NCBI GenBank assembly: GCA_951406725.2
Contig: CATOCA020000001.1
Coordinates: 10,168,001-10,232,000 of the forward strand
Length of the DNA: 64,000 nucleotides
Source: Octopus vulgaris
Taxonomy: Eukaryota
Direction of reading: 5' to 3'
This document shows positions 1 to 19,650 of this stretch, piece after piece. Both the position numbers and the translations under genes were made by a program. Each line of letters starts with the position of its first letter. Positions within the stretch are counted from its first letter, which is position 1. Under the pieces are notes generated by a model. That model ran no database searches, was not told where the DNA came from, and worked only from the letters and a program-made list of their open reading frames with translations.

Positions 1-336
1 CGAGAATACATAACATCGTGGTTAAAGGTGCTGCTCTCGATAACAAGGTCGTGATTTCAAATCCTGCAACGGGAGGTGTATTGCGCGCAAAACACTTCAT
101 CTCATGTTGCACGGACACCATTTCAACACTTGACGTGTAGGAATGGTGAATAGCTGGAAAATAGATTTAACTTCCAGATATTAAAGAATTTCAGCCAATC
201 ACAAACATCGAGGAAAATTACTGCCACTCTCGTTTTTAAAAAAAATAGAGAATTATTTCAAACGGGTATTTCATTGTGTATGCTTTTCGGATAGCAGCTG
301 AAACGTGAGACAAAAATCTTATATGATTCAATAGAA

Positions 337-600
337 TTAGATAGCTAGAGTTGGAATGACTTTATGCAAAACTACGATCAGGGCAAACAAAAGCGTCGAC
401 CACAACACCCTAAGTAAAATACAAAAAATCAAACAAACATATGTACTTAAAATTGGCCTCGGTCTCAGACTTTGTATCACCACACCAAACTCCGTAATTT
501 TCTGCGACAGTCTTTCTATCAGTACATGATACAACGCCATATCGTTAGCTGACGAGAGGCATCTCTTAGGAGTAACGCTCAGATCGTTTTGGGGATCCAT
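337..600 (-). CDS. Hypothetical small protein with C-terminal hydrophobic segment (copy A of a local duplication)
   Basis: 87-aa ORF, paralogous to 5143-5448 with one in-frame indel and no stops; plausible acceptor (cttatctactag) 33 nt upstream of the ATG. No clear sign of purifying selection. Confidence 0.3.
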   Translation of the reverse strand: MDPQNDLSVTPKRCLSSANDMALYHVLIERLSQKITEFGVVIQSLRPRPILSTYVCLIFCILLRVLWSTLLFALIVVLHKVIPTLAI

Positions 601-729
601 GAAAATTCAGTGGGTGTTGCTTCAGTAAAACGCCTAGTAGATAAGAGTGATTCCTGGGTTGCTGTCACACCTACATATGCCATGTACCATGTTTAATAAT
701 ATATTCTTCTATACACACCTGTGTATTAG

Positions 730-796
<67 letters not shown>

Positions 797-813
797 ATGT
801 ATTTATATGCATG

Positions 814-856
<43 letters not shown>

Positions 857-1509
857 ATGTATTTATATGCATGTATATATATATATATATATGTATGTAT
901 ATATATATATAAGGGTATTATTGCTTCCAATAATATCAGGTGGCAAGCATGCGTAAAAACAATCCCATAAGGTAAAGCCTCATTAATTAATAATTAAAGG
1001 TCCTACAAGCAGCAACAGCACACTAAAAATAGCTGCACGAAGAGAGAGACAGAGAGAGAGAGGAAGAGAGAAAGACAGGAGGAGAGAAAAAGAGAGAGAA
1101 AAAGAATGTGTGGAACACAGAGAGAGGGAAAGAAAATGAAAGAAATAGAGAAAGAGAGAGTTAAATCGAATAATAATTAGACAGATAAACAAATAGAAAC
1201 TTCTATAAATAGATTGATTGATAGACACACACACACACACGCACACACACACACACACACTCACACACACACTCATACACACACATACATATATAAATGG
1301 TAAAAAAACGCAATAGAACAATGAAAGATTCGGACTGATAGACGATAGAAAGGCGGACAGGAGAAACACCGATTAGAATGTCAGGCAAAAAAAGACGGCT
1401 CTTTCGTGGCTTTCTTTCCTCAGTCAAGTCCCAGAAGTCACGACCATCTCGGCCAGTTACACTTGAGATGGGTCGATCTGGTTGCCCCCATAAAAGTCTC
1501 TCTCTCTCC

Positions 1510-1547
<38 letters not shown>

Positions 1548-2015
1548 ATCTGTGTGTGTGTGTCTTTGTGTGTGTGTGTGTGTGTGTTGTGTATCTGCGT
1601 GTATTCATTCGTCTTTTTTCCTCCTCTCACCAATAAGGGGTTCAACACCCGCCAACGACCTTCGCTGACCATTCCGTCTACTTCCTGCCCGAATTTTTGA
1701 TGCAATAATCAACTTGCATTTGTCAAACGAGACATTTGCGTCGTTCAAAATCCGCTTCCCAAGTTTCTTAGCACTTGCAAACACTTACTAAATTACGTAG
1801 CTGCACCAAGTGGGAAATTCCGTTTTAACCAGGGAAATATGTACAATTGTTCCAAGTATAAATTATTTGATAAACAATCCACTTGACAAACAGTAGATAA
1901 GTAGACATTTAATAATTTTTAATCGAGAATAAGTGGAATAAGAAGAAACAGGTGGAGCAGACTGACGCCCAGGAGATCATATTATGTGAGACGAAAGAAT
2001 TTAAATAAACTAATG

Positions 2016-2073
<58 letters not shown>

Positions 2074-2075
<2 letters not shown>

Positions 2076-2536
2076 TTGATATGACTGTCCCAATCGATAT
2101 AAACGTATCTGTTAAGAGCTACCAAAAACTGAGCAAATATAAAGATCTTGAAATAGAAATCAGCAAAATGTGGAAGCTGAAGACTAAAACAATACCTGTT
2201 GTCATAGGTGCCCTGGGAATGATAGCGAAAGGGGCTGACTGCTACCTAACTCAGATACCAGGAAACCACAAAATGGCAGAAATTCAAAAGATAGTGCTCA
2301 TGGGAACTGCTCATATCCTACGCAAAATACTCTCTATGTAATCCCAAGGTTTAAAACAAACTTTTTTTTTCATTTATTTATTATTATTTTTTAATGTATT
2401 AGACATTCACTAGTACAACACCAAAAAAAAAAAAAAACCAATTATATGGCTCAGAACTTCCAACCTGTTGTCTCTTGAGGTCTCTGGGTGAGACTTGGAG
2501 CCAACTTGTACAGACATAAAGCAAAAGTCAAACATA

Positions 2537-2540
<4 letters not shown>
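2074..2540 (+). mobile_element. 5'-truncated R4/Dong-clade non-LTR retrotransposon (REL endonuclease end + 3' UTR)
   Basis: IDMTVP..KLSKYKDLEIEISKMW..TIPVVIGALG..IQKIVLMGTAHILRKIL; (TAA)n on both sides. Confidence 0.8.
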
Positions 2541-2621
<81 letters not shown>

Positions 2622-2659
2622 CACAATCACAATAATAATAATAACAATAATAACAGTCG

Positions 2660-2920
2660 TTCCAACTATAGGCACAAGGCCTGAAATCTTTTTGGGAGTG
2701 AGTTGGTCGATTACATAGCCCCTAGTACAGAACTGGTATTTAATTTATAGACATCGAAATGATGAAATGCGAAGTTGACATCGGGGGAATTTGAACTCAG
2801 AAACTAATGATGGATGAAATACCACCAAGCATTTTGCCCGGCGTGCTAACGATTCTGCCAGCTCTCCGCTTTAATAATAATAACAATAATAATAATATTA
2901 ATAGTAATAATAATAATAAC

Positions 2921-2951
<31 letters not shown>

Positions 2952-3021
2952 ATAATAATAATAATAATAACAACAATAACAATAATAATAACAATAATAA
3001 TGAAAATAATAATAATAATAA

Positions 3022-3052
<31 letters not shown>

Positions 3053-3058
3053 AATAAC

Positions 3059-3107
<49 letters not shown>

Positions 3108-3500
3108 TCTACTTGAAGCACATGGACAAGTCCATTACATCGATCCCAGTGTGTAACTGGTACTGAATTTATCGTCACCGAAAGGATGAAAGGCAAAGTC
3201 AACCTCGGCGGAATTTGAACTCAGAACGTAGTGAGAGGCGAAATATCAAATTCTTTACTACCCACAAGGGCAAATAAGGACAGACAAACGGATTGAGTCG
3301 ATTATATCAACCCCAGTGCGTAACTGGTACTTATTTAATCGACTCCGAAATGATGAAAGGCAAAGTTAACCTCGGCGGAATTAGAACTCAGAACGTAACC
3401 ACAGACGAAATCCTCCTAAGCGTTTCGCCTGACGTGCTAACGTTTCTGCCAGCTCACCGCCTTTTGGCAGACGAAATACTTCTAAGCGTTTCGCCCAGCG
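2660..3500 (-). mobile_element. Cluster of tRNA-derived SINE copies (family A: gagctggcagaatcgttagcacgcc...gagttcaaattccgccgaggttgactttgcc)
   Basis: Box A/B-like head; same sequence recurs at about 3665-3800(+), 22020-22235(+) and 51680-51885(-). Confidence 0.75.
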
Positions 3501-3944
3501 TACCAATAATAACAACAACAACAATAATAATAAAGTGAAGATCAAATATATATTGCGTGTGTTTTCATTGGCAACAGACGACCATCTCCAAATAGAAGAA
3601 TTTCTGTTTTTAACACCCAATTTCAAAAATGCATGAACGAAATAATATTAAATATTAAGTAGAAATATTCCGCCGAGGTTGTCTTTGCCTTTTATCCTTT
3701 CGGGGTCGATGAAATCAATATCAGTTATGTACTGGGGTCGATGCAATCAACTTACTCCCTCTCCCGAAATTGCTGTTGTGCCAAAATTTGAAATCAATGT
3801 GTAGGAGAAATAAAACAAAACACAGCATTACTCACTAATGGACACCATGTAAATGGTTTTAGCAAATTATAAAGTGAACGGCTTGGAGAGTGTCTCATCT
3901 TTTTGCGTGTTTCCTTGGATTGAATCTGTGTAGGGGGGCATGTT

Positions 3945-4620
3945 TAGGCGCGGCTGTGTGGTTAGATGCTTGCTTCCAAATCTGGTTTCGGGTTCATTTC
4001 CACTGCGTGGCACACTACGCACATGTCTTCTACTGTAGCCATTGGACTCTCAAAATCTTCTGGAGTGGATTTGGTAGATGGAAACTGAAAGAAGCCCATC
4101 GTGACTATTCTTTTACTTGTTTCAGTCATTTGACTGCAGCCATGTTGGAGCTCCGCCTTTAGTCGAACAAATCGACCCTAGGACTTAATCATTGTAAGCC
4201 TTGTACTTATTGTATCGGTCTCTTTTCCAGAACCGCTAGGTTAAAGGGACGTAAGCACACCAACATCGGTTGTCAGGGGATGGTGGAGGGACAAATATAG
4301 ACACACAAATACACACACACACACATAAGACTGGCTCATTTGTGTTTCCATCTATGAAATCCACTTACAAGGATTTGGTCGGCCCTAGCCTATAGCAGAA
4401 GACACTCAGCCAAGGAGTCACGCAGTTAGACCGAATCCGGAACCATGTGTTTCTTACCATACAGCCTCTCCTACAAGTATGTCTGCCTGGGTATATGTAT
4501 ATATGAACTGTGTTGGTGTGTTTACGTTCCGGTAACTTAGAGTTTCACCGAAATACTCCGATAAAATAAGTACCAGGCTTAAAAAATTAAGTACAGAATT
4601 AGTTCGACTCAAAACTTCTC
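3945..4620. mobile_element. tRNA-derived SINE copies (family B: ggctgtgtggtaag...gggttcagtcccactgcgtggcacc), + and - oriented
   Basis: Same family at about 5010-5145, 8606-8762, 12850-13110, 13855-14330, 14588-14735, 45960-46400 and 61910-62305. Confidence 0.75.
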
Positions 4621-5142
4621 AAACCAGTGGCATCTTTATATATACACATAATCCTTTCCGAGCCATGTTCGTTGAAGCAATTGTTCGTTACACAAGTAAT
4701 TGAAGCACATACAAATAGAAGAAATCCGTTTCATGCCACTCCCCAAAGCCACATAAAAGTATATATTATACCTTAACTTTCATACAAAAGAAAATCATGT
4801 AAAAGGTCGTATGTAGTGTGACTGTTCAGTTTGGTTTACCACTAAAACACCGGCTTGAACAGAAAAATGTGGTGCAGAAATTGTGTATCAAAGGTGATAT
4901 GAAGTGGTTGATCATTGAGCGGAGGGACATAAATTATAACAGATAATGATCAAGGAAAACATTTAGCGTTATTCAAGAACATTTATTTTATAATTTATAA
5001 TATAAGTATAGGTGCTGGAGTGGCTGTTTAGTAAGTAGCGTGCTTACCAATCACATGGTTCGGGGTTCAGTCCAACTGCGTGGCACCTTGGGAAAATGTG
5101 TTCTACTATAGCCTCGGTGCGACCAAAGCCTTTTTGGTGGAT

Positions 5143-5448
5143 CTAGAAGACATGGTTGCTAATGTTGGAATAAACAAAAATTAAGTTGGTTATAGTTGGA
5201 ATGCCCTTGTGCAAAATTACGAACAGTGCAAACAACAACGTCGACCACAACACCCTAAGTAAAACACAAATAACAAACAAACAAAGATATGTACCTAATA
5301 TTGGCCTCGTTCTCAGACTTTGTATCACCACACCAAACTCCGCAATTTTCTGCGTCAGACTTTCTATCATTACATGATACAACGCCATATCGTTAGCTGA
5401 CAAGAGACATCTCTTAGGGGTAACGCTCAGATCTTTTTGGGGTTCCAT
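5143..5448 (-). CDS. Hypothetical small protein with C-terminal hydrophobic segment (copy B)
   Basis: 101-aa ORF aligning end to end with 337-600; 3' end abuts a SINE fragment. Confidence 0.3.
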   Translation of the reverse strand: MEPQKDLSVTPKRCLLSANDMALYHVMIESLTQKIAEFGVVIQSLRTRPILGTYLCLFVICVLLRVLWSTLLFALFVILHKGIPTITNLIFVYSNISNHVF

Positions 5449-6169
5449 GAAAATTCAGTGGGTGTTGCTTCAGGAAAACGCCTAGTAGATAAGAAGGATT
5501 TCTGGGATGCTGTCACGCCTACATATGTCATGTACCATGTTTAATAATATAATTGGTGTCCAAGTCGTATGACCACGCTGTTAATGGTGCTGCATTCGCG
5601 ATAACGAGATCGCGTTTTCAATTCCCGGAGCGGGAGTTGTATTGCGTTCTTAAGCAAAACACCTCATCTCATATTACTTTGCGTCGTGCAGGAATGGTGA
5701 ATTGCTGGAAAATTGATTTATTTTCCGGATATTAAAATACATCGAATCGCATACATCGACAGAAACTACTGACACCGCTGTTAAAAAATAAAACTCACAC
5801 GTAACGGGTAATAACAAATGTGTACTTCGATCAGTACTCTTATCCGATACAAGCCGCAAAATGAGACAATAAACTTTCATGAGGTAATAGAATATTCAGA
5901 TAAGTGGAGAAACCCTATTTAATTTCTGTAAAAAATTAAAATTAAAGTCTTATTTGGAACCGGCATTATCGAGGAAAGTCAATCTTTGCTATTTTCCTGT
6001 TAAGATTTAAAATTAATTTTTATACACATACATATCTACACTGGCGAAATAAAATTTAAGACCGATGATAATAGTCCTATATCTAAAAAATATTTTGTTA
6101 CTAACACCATACCTATATTTTACACATTATGCAGAATATATTTCTCTTTCGAATGATGCAGACAATAAC

Positions 6170-6320
6170 TACTTTTATACAACTTGAAGAATGCATGAAA
6201 GTACTCGTTCAATCACAGTGGATATTTGATATTCTATCACTTCATTATGTTATCTTATCTTATCATATATTATTATAAGATTGTAAATAAATCATGAAAA
6301 TCAAAGTTGGAATATCTTTC
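6170..6320 (+). mobile_element. Penelope-like terminal-repeat fragment with degenerate minimal hammerhead motif
   Basis: Similar to the reverse complement of 59615-59780 (tgcatgaaagtact...ttataagattgtaaataaaa...gttggaat). Confidence 0.55.
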
Positions 6321-6365
6321 AGTAATGTATTCTTCCATACACAATCATACACACCTGTGTATAAG

Positions 6366-6448
<83 letters not shown>

Positions 6449-6749
6449 TATTGCTTATAATAATATCAAGTGGCAAGTATGCGTAGAAAAATGCCATAAG
6501 GTAAAGCATCATTAATTAATAATTAAAGGTCCTACAAACAGCACCAGCACACTAACATTAACAACACGAAAGAGAGAGAGAGAGAATGAGAGAAAGAGAG
6601 AAGGAGAGAAAAAGAGTGAGAAAAAGAAAGTGTGGAACACAGAGAGAGAGAGAAAGAAAAAAGAAAGAAATAGAGAAAGAGAGAGATAAATCGAAGAATA
6701 ATTAGACAGATAAACAAATAGAAACATCTATAAATAGATTGACAGATAG

Positions 6750-6784
<35 letters not shown>

Positions 6785-6987
6785 AATGGTAAAAAACGCA
6801 ATAGAAGACAATAAAAGATTCGGACTGATAGACGATAGAAAGGCGGATAGGAGAAACACCGATTAGAAGGACAGGCAAAAAAAGACGGCTCATTCGGGGC
6901 TTTCTTTCCTCAGTCAAGTCCCAGAAGTCACAACCATCTCGGGCAGTTAAACTTGTGATGGTCGATCTGGTTGCCCCGCACTGAAAG

Positions 6988-7064
<77 letters not shown>

Positions 7065-7150
7065 TATGTTATCATTACCTTTCTACGTGTATTTTATATT
7101 TTAATTCTGTAAATATATTTCTAATATACTTATTTATACATACATACATA

Positions 7151-7198
<48 letters not shown>

Positions 7199-7454
7199 TA
7201 TATGTGTGTGTTGTGTTTGTGCGTGTATTCATTCAAACAATTACTAAATTATGTAGCTGCACCAAGTGGGAAATTCCGTTTTAACCAGGGAAATATGTAC
7301 AATTGTTCCGGGTATAAATTATTTGATAAACAATCCACTTGACAAACAGTAGAAAAGTAGACATTATTTTTAATATGAAATAAGCGGAATAAGAAGAAAT
7401 AGGCGTAGCAGAGAGTCGCTGAGGTGATAGTATATGAGACGAAAGAATTTAAAC

Positions 7455-7480
7455 TAATAGTAATAATAATAATAATAATA

Positions 7481-7553
<73 letters not shown>

Positions 7554-7566
7554 TAACAATAATATT

Positions 7567-7620
<54 letters not shown>

Positions 7621-7711
7621 TATAATAATAATAATAACAATAATAATAATAACAATAATAGTAATAATAATAATAATAATAATAGTAATAATAATAAGCA
7701 ATAATATAAAA

Positions 7712-7784
<73 letters not shown>

Positions 7785-7850
7785 TAGTAATAATAATAAT
7801 AATAATAACAACAACAACAACAACAATAATAATAATAATAATAATAATAA
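7455..7850. repeat. (TAA)n microsatellite (others at about 2010-2075, 2540-2650, 2872-3105, 12730-12805, 18145-18277)
   Basis: Direct inspection. Confidence 0.95.
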
Positions 7851-8349
7851 TGGCGTTTGTTTTACAAAAAACCTTCAAGTAGATAAGAATATTCTCTGGG
7901 TGTTGCCAGGACATATGAAAAATAAATTTTGTAATATAAAAGAAGTCGAGTACACATGAAATGGTGATTAGGGAACAAGGTCGTGATTTCAAATACAGGA
8001 CCGAGATGTGTTTTGCGCACAAGATACTTCATCTCATGTTACACAGCGACCATTTCAACACTTGACGTGTAGGGATGGTGACTAGCTGGAAAATGGATTT
8101 ATTTTCCGGATATTAAAGAATTTCAGCCAATCACGTACCTCAAGGGGAAAATACTGCCACTCTCGTTTAAAAAAAATTGAGAATTATTACAACAGCGTAT
8201 TTCATTCAGTATGCTTATCGGATAGCAGCCGGAACGGGAGACTAAAAATTTATATGAGGCAATAGAATATTCAGATAAGTGGATAAAACTTTTAATTTCT
8301 GTAAAAAATTTGAAACTGAAGTAATATTTGGAGTCGGCGTTATAAAGGT

Positions 8350-14735
<6,386 letters not shown>

Positions 14736-14739
14736 TTTT

Positions 14740-16560
14740 ATGGGTTCTGTTGTTTTTGGGTAATCCTGTATATGTTGGACTGAAAGCAGAGCTGAGGCGA
14801 TTTTCTTCAAAGAATTGAATCTTTCAGGCAACGTCTCCCAGCGATTGAAGATGGCAACTGACTTCTCTAAGCTGCTTCTTTCAAGAGATTTTTGTAATTT
14901 CATAAAATTTTTCCCCATAATTCTGAAGTGGTTAATTCAATCATTTCCACTTCAAAACTATCCTGTATATTTGTTTTTTAGCCAAAATGTGAGAGATTAA
15001 ATGAGTTCGTTTTCAAATCCCTCAAAGTCGGGTTTGATGAGAAATGAAAATATAGGAACATCTGTTTCGAAATATTTATCTCACTTGGAAAATTCTTCTT
15101 TCAACGTTGCAATATATTTTTGAAGTTCGTTTTTATTAAATATTAAATCGATTTGAATAAGCTTTTACATTTGGAAAGTATTTTTATGTATTGCTAAGTT
15201 TATCACGCAAAAAAAATCTGATTTTAACAAAATCCTTTCCAGTATTCAAAAACATCAAGTACTGTTTGACCTCTCTCTTGTAAATGCAAATTTTAATCAT
15301 TCAAGTGACTGTCAGTTAGAAGCATCAGTTTAAATAAACCGTCTTTGTTGTTCAATTCTGGCAACTGTTTCCTTTCAAGAAATATTCTTCTAAGCATGAT
15401 ACAAATCTGTTCAAAACATTACCCCGACAAAGCCAACGGACTGTAAGGATCGTGCGATGCGAGTTGACAAGAATGGCTCTTTAGTACCACATCACACAGC
15501 CCTTACAATAAAGAGAAAATTGATAGTACCATCTATTTGCCAGATGGATAAAGGAGACAACCGCGTAGAATGATTAAAAGAAGATTTATTGATATGTTAA
15601 CAGATTAAATTGCGCCAATACCAACTAATCAGAGTAGTGGACAGAACGGGATCCAAATAGCGGCAAAAGGCTAGCTGTTCCGTGCTACTCTCGAATGCAC
15701 GTATATATAATAAATGGGAGAGAGAAATTTTAACCGAGTCTACGCTGCAGGACTTTACTGTGAAGTGGGAAGTCTGCATATTCGCTGTCCAGTTCTTGCA
15801 GAAGAGATTTAAATTGTCTGTGAGTCAGTGAAGAGCAAGAAACCATGAAGTTGACTATTTTAACAACAGTTTCCACGACAGAACTCAAGCTTTGTGACGA
15901 AAGTTTTGCAACTAAATTTTCCTGATGTACAATGCAATTAAAACACATTACACTGCGTGAAATGTGATTTTCAAGACGCTTAATAAATCTTTTTTTCCTT
16001 TCCACCCACTGCACGTGCACCACCAGTAGTAATACAAAATATTTTATTTGTATTAATGGCTTGATTTTCGAAATAATTTAGAAATGCAGTCAGAATGTCC
16101 TGTCCTGTAGATGTATTGGTAAGAGGAATAATCAAACAACATGATTCTTCGTAAATACGATCATTGTCCCAGTATCTTGCAACAATTGCTAGGTGCGCCA
16201 TGTCATTCACTTGAGTACTTTCATCGATAGGGGTCACTGAATGCAGCAGCTTTTTGTAATCTAACTTTCTGTGTTATAATTATGTTTTCAGCTATATCAG
16301 TTACACGTCTCTCAACTGATCATGCAGAAATTGGTATTTCTTGAATTCGAGACAGTATTTTTTCAGCGTTTGCTTAAACACTGAACAAAATTTTAGCAAT
16401 TCTCAAAAAAGTTTTTTTGATAAATTCTCCGGCTGTAAAAGGTTTACCTTTCTCAACTATACATTAAGCAATTGTCTAACTACATTATTTAGCTTCATTG
16501 TTGGTTCCAAGCATTTGAACAAAACCAGAAGTGCTTTTTTTGTAACTAGAAATAGCCCTT
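14740..16560 (-). mobile_element. Degenerate hAT (Charlie/SPIN/GTF2IRD2-like) transposase remnant
   Basis: DEST..D.AHLAIVARY, TG.DIL, CITT.GA, CIVHQENL, VVKIVNF, LTHRQFKSLL.EL, LHSKV/RWLCRG motifs spread over several frames with stops. Confidence 0.85.
15442..15749 (-). mobile_element. Solo LTR (308 bp), probably Gypsy-type
   Basis: TG...CA termini; 4-bp direct repeat GGAC on both sides (15438-15441, 15750-15753); TATA-like and AATAAA motifs on the - strand; removing it restores hAT frame PLHSKVRWLCRG. Confidence 0.8.
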
Positions 16561-17804
16561 TTTATGACTTGCCTTTTATCAACAAAATTTTTTCGATGAT
16601 CGCGCTTTGACAGTTCCATTTCAGATGTTTGCAACAACGGTGAAAAAATATCAATGTTAATTTATTGATGCATTTGGGCAAGTCTATGTCTGTATTGTCT
16701 GTGTGTTTTGGGTTCTGTTTCTTTTTCTTTTGTGTGTTCAGGCGACTACTTGCCATTTTGTCTTTCGTCGTCCCTATCCGCGCAAGGTATGTCTGAGTGC
16801 TCCGAACAGGGGAGGGGCAAATCTTGTGGAGCTTTTTGGCGTTGTCCTATTCATAACGTTGTTGCTTTTTTGGTGGTGGGGACCGGGGTTGATGCTGTTG
16901 TTTTTGCTGCTGCCCGTGCTGCTGCGATTAGTGTTGCTGCTACTGTTACTCTTAATTTTGTAGCCGCGATGGTCACCTGCCTCTGTTGGTGCTGTTGCTA
17001 TTGTTGTTATTGTTGCTGTGGTGGTGGCGGTGGTGGTGGTGTTGATGATGTTGGCAAAATTGAGAGGCTCCTTTCTCTAATTTGTTGTGGGCAATAGAAG
17101 AATTTTAGATGATTTGTGTTCCCACACAGATGATACCGAAACCATCAGCTTTCAAAGGCCACGTGGAGGTTGGTGCCAACGTGTGAATTTATGATATCTG
17201 AAATTGTGTCCAGACTTTGGCTGTCCATTTTCACCCACAATTTTAGGCCTTGACCCGAATAGTTTTGTTTGTAAAGTTTCCGCATCTGTAAGATGCTCGT
17301 TTTGCCCTATATGTCCAAGAGGACATCTACCACCAAGAATCAGCCGTCTATTTCTGGTGGTGTGTCTTCTTTTTAGGGTCAAACTGGATTGATTCCTTGC
17401 CTCCTCTTCATTTTTCTGTTATGTTTTTGTTGGTGCTGATGGTTGTGATGCTGTTGTTGTTGTTGCTACTACTGCTGCTGCTGCTGCTGTCTTTGCTATG
17501 TTTCTCAAAAATATTAACAAGCAGAGGTGACAAAACGTCAAAACGGATGATGTAAGAACCTTTATTGCCTCGATTTGGGAAGCCAGACTGAACTTTTTCT
17601 TTTTAAAATATAAATTTGTAGCTTTTAAAACTCAAACTTCACCTTTAAGGGGCGAATTCTGGCCACCGCAGCTAGCCCCGCTTACAGCGAGGTGGGTTCT
17701 GTCGTCAATAAAATTTTGAAAATAGACATTGGAAAAACAAATTCTAAAGAAAACTTAGAGCTCCGAACAACTAGTCTCCAAAACCGGACACAGATAAGAA
17801 TAAT

Positions 17805-18145
17805 AATAACAATAAAGAAATGGAAAAACTTTCAAAATACAAAGACCTAGAAATAGAGGTAACCATAATGTGTAATCTAAAAACAGAAACAATTCCTATC
17901 ATAGTAGGTGCATTAGGCATGATAAAAAAATATTCAGACAAATACATAACAAAAACACCAGGACTTACAAACACATATAACATACAGAAAATTGCACTAC
18001 TAGGCACTGCACACATCCTACGCAGAACACTTTCAATATAATAACCATCAGAGCATCACAACAAATCACAGCACATACCCAAGGCACACAGAGCTGCGCT
18101 CGGTAGTGAAGTAAAAGCACGCTATAAAAATAAAACTACTGAATG
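17805..18145 (+). mobile_element. 5'-truncated R4/Dong-clade retrotransposon (second subfamily)
   Basis: KEMEKLSKYKDLEIEVT.M.NLKTETIPIIVGALG...IQKIALLGTAHILRRTL; followed by (TAA)n; a 60-bp piece recurs at 20351-20440. Confidence 0.8.
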
Positions 18146-18151
18146 ATAATG

Positions 18152-18188
<37 letters not shown>

Positions 18189-18204
18189 CAAAATAATAAT
18201 AATA

Positions 18205-18279
<75 letters not shown>

Positions 18280-18280
<1 letters not shown>

Positions 18281-18836
18281 TGCCCTGATGCAGTACCAGG
18301 TAGTGGCTCTCATGGCTTCTGATCTTAACTGATTGGAAGTGTTATCATGTACATTGTTTTGTCTTGGTATAAAAGATGAGTTACAGCAAATATTCTGCTC
18401 AATACCACAGATTTGCTTGTCAGTTGTTTGACCTTAACCAGTTGAGCATGTCCCTTAGTGACTGACGATATGTGCATCTCTGATCACGAGCAGAAGTAGT
18501 AGGGGAGCATCATGGCCATGTGTTGAGAGGGATTCTTTGGGGTTTGAATAATTCACCTCTGGAAACAAGGGTGTTTTGTTCAACATCCTTAAACAACCCT
18601 TATTCAGGGACCTTTTGAGCGGGATGGGTTACTCGACCAGAAGAAAATTCTAACTGGGCCCCACCTGCAAGGTCATGTGCTGTTTATCTTGATATGAAAT
18701 CACCATGTTGCGCCCATATGGTTTTGATGCATGTGCCTTGTGTACCCTTATCAGACGGGTAGTCATGATGGGTATATTGGGTATCGTATATTTTACCCCA
18801 GTGTCACTTTGATGGCATGCACTGCTCTCTCACTCA
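18280..18836 (+). repeat. Unclassified ~550-bp higher-GC element bracketed by (TAA)n-type repeats
   Basis: Abrupt compositional block between two TAA/TGA microsatellites; no coding signal recognised. Confidence 0.4.
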
Positions 18837-18946
18837 ATAATATTAATGATGATGATGATGATGATGGTGATGATGATATTAAAAATAATAATGATAATAA
18901 TAATAATAAAATTAAAATAATTATAATGATGATAATAATAATAGTT

Positions 18947-18984
<38 letters not shown>

Positions 18985-19103
18985 TGATATGATGTGAGAT
19001 GATGTTGTGACGGTGTTGATGGCAAGTTGGTCAGTTGTGTTAAGTTCTTGAATGTAAAGGAAGGCTATTTTAATGTTAAGCAAAAACAACAAAATTAGAA
19101 ATA

Positions 19104-19163
<60 letters not shown>

Positions 19164-19591
19164 ATATATATATATACATACAGGGAGAATTCACAAAAAA
19201 ACGAAACAAAAGACGAAGACAGGTGGTGTAGAAGACAACCTGATGTATTAGTATAACGCTCGGGAAGTAAAAAAGTTTTTAACGTTTCGAGCCTACGCTC
19301 TTCCACAGAAAGGAACACGGAAAGAAATAGGGAGAGAATAAAAGAAAAAAAGTGGCTAGCGATCTATCAATACATACATACATACATACATACATACATA
19401 CATACATACATACATACATACATACATAGTACATACATACATGCATACATATAAAGAGAGAGAGAGAGAGAGAGAGTTTGAAGTGATGTACAGATATATA
19501 GTTATCGATAATGGAAGCAACCGCTAAAATGTAAATAGAATTTAAATACATATAAAATATATAATCATCCAACGTTTTGAATACCTTATTA

Positions 19592-19650
<59 letters not shown>

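Larger units (their letters stand above)
349..7460. repeat. Local segmental duplication: about 349-2010 versus about 5194-5550 + 6340-7460
   Basis: Colinear similar blocks, including the ORF, (TA)n, GA-rich tract, ggactgatagacgatagaaaggcgga and gtagctgcaccaagtgggaaattccgttttaaccaggg. A further ~300-bp unit occurs at 1-336, 5570-5900 and 7970-8280. Confidence 0.9.

Noticed and set aside
647-1705. YIYI/VCVC-type ORFs here and throughout the window
   Set aside because: Translations of (TA)n, (TG)n and (TACA)n repeats.
16660-17500. Gln/Thr-rich - strand region resembling a retroelement ORF1
   Set aside because: Many stops and no motif I can identify with confidence.
19270-19320. Hammerhead-like GAGC-gtag-GCTC-GAAACGTT on the - strand
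   Set aside because: No CUGANGA core or convincing stem I; at most a decayed Penelope-type repeat.
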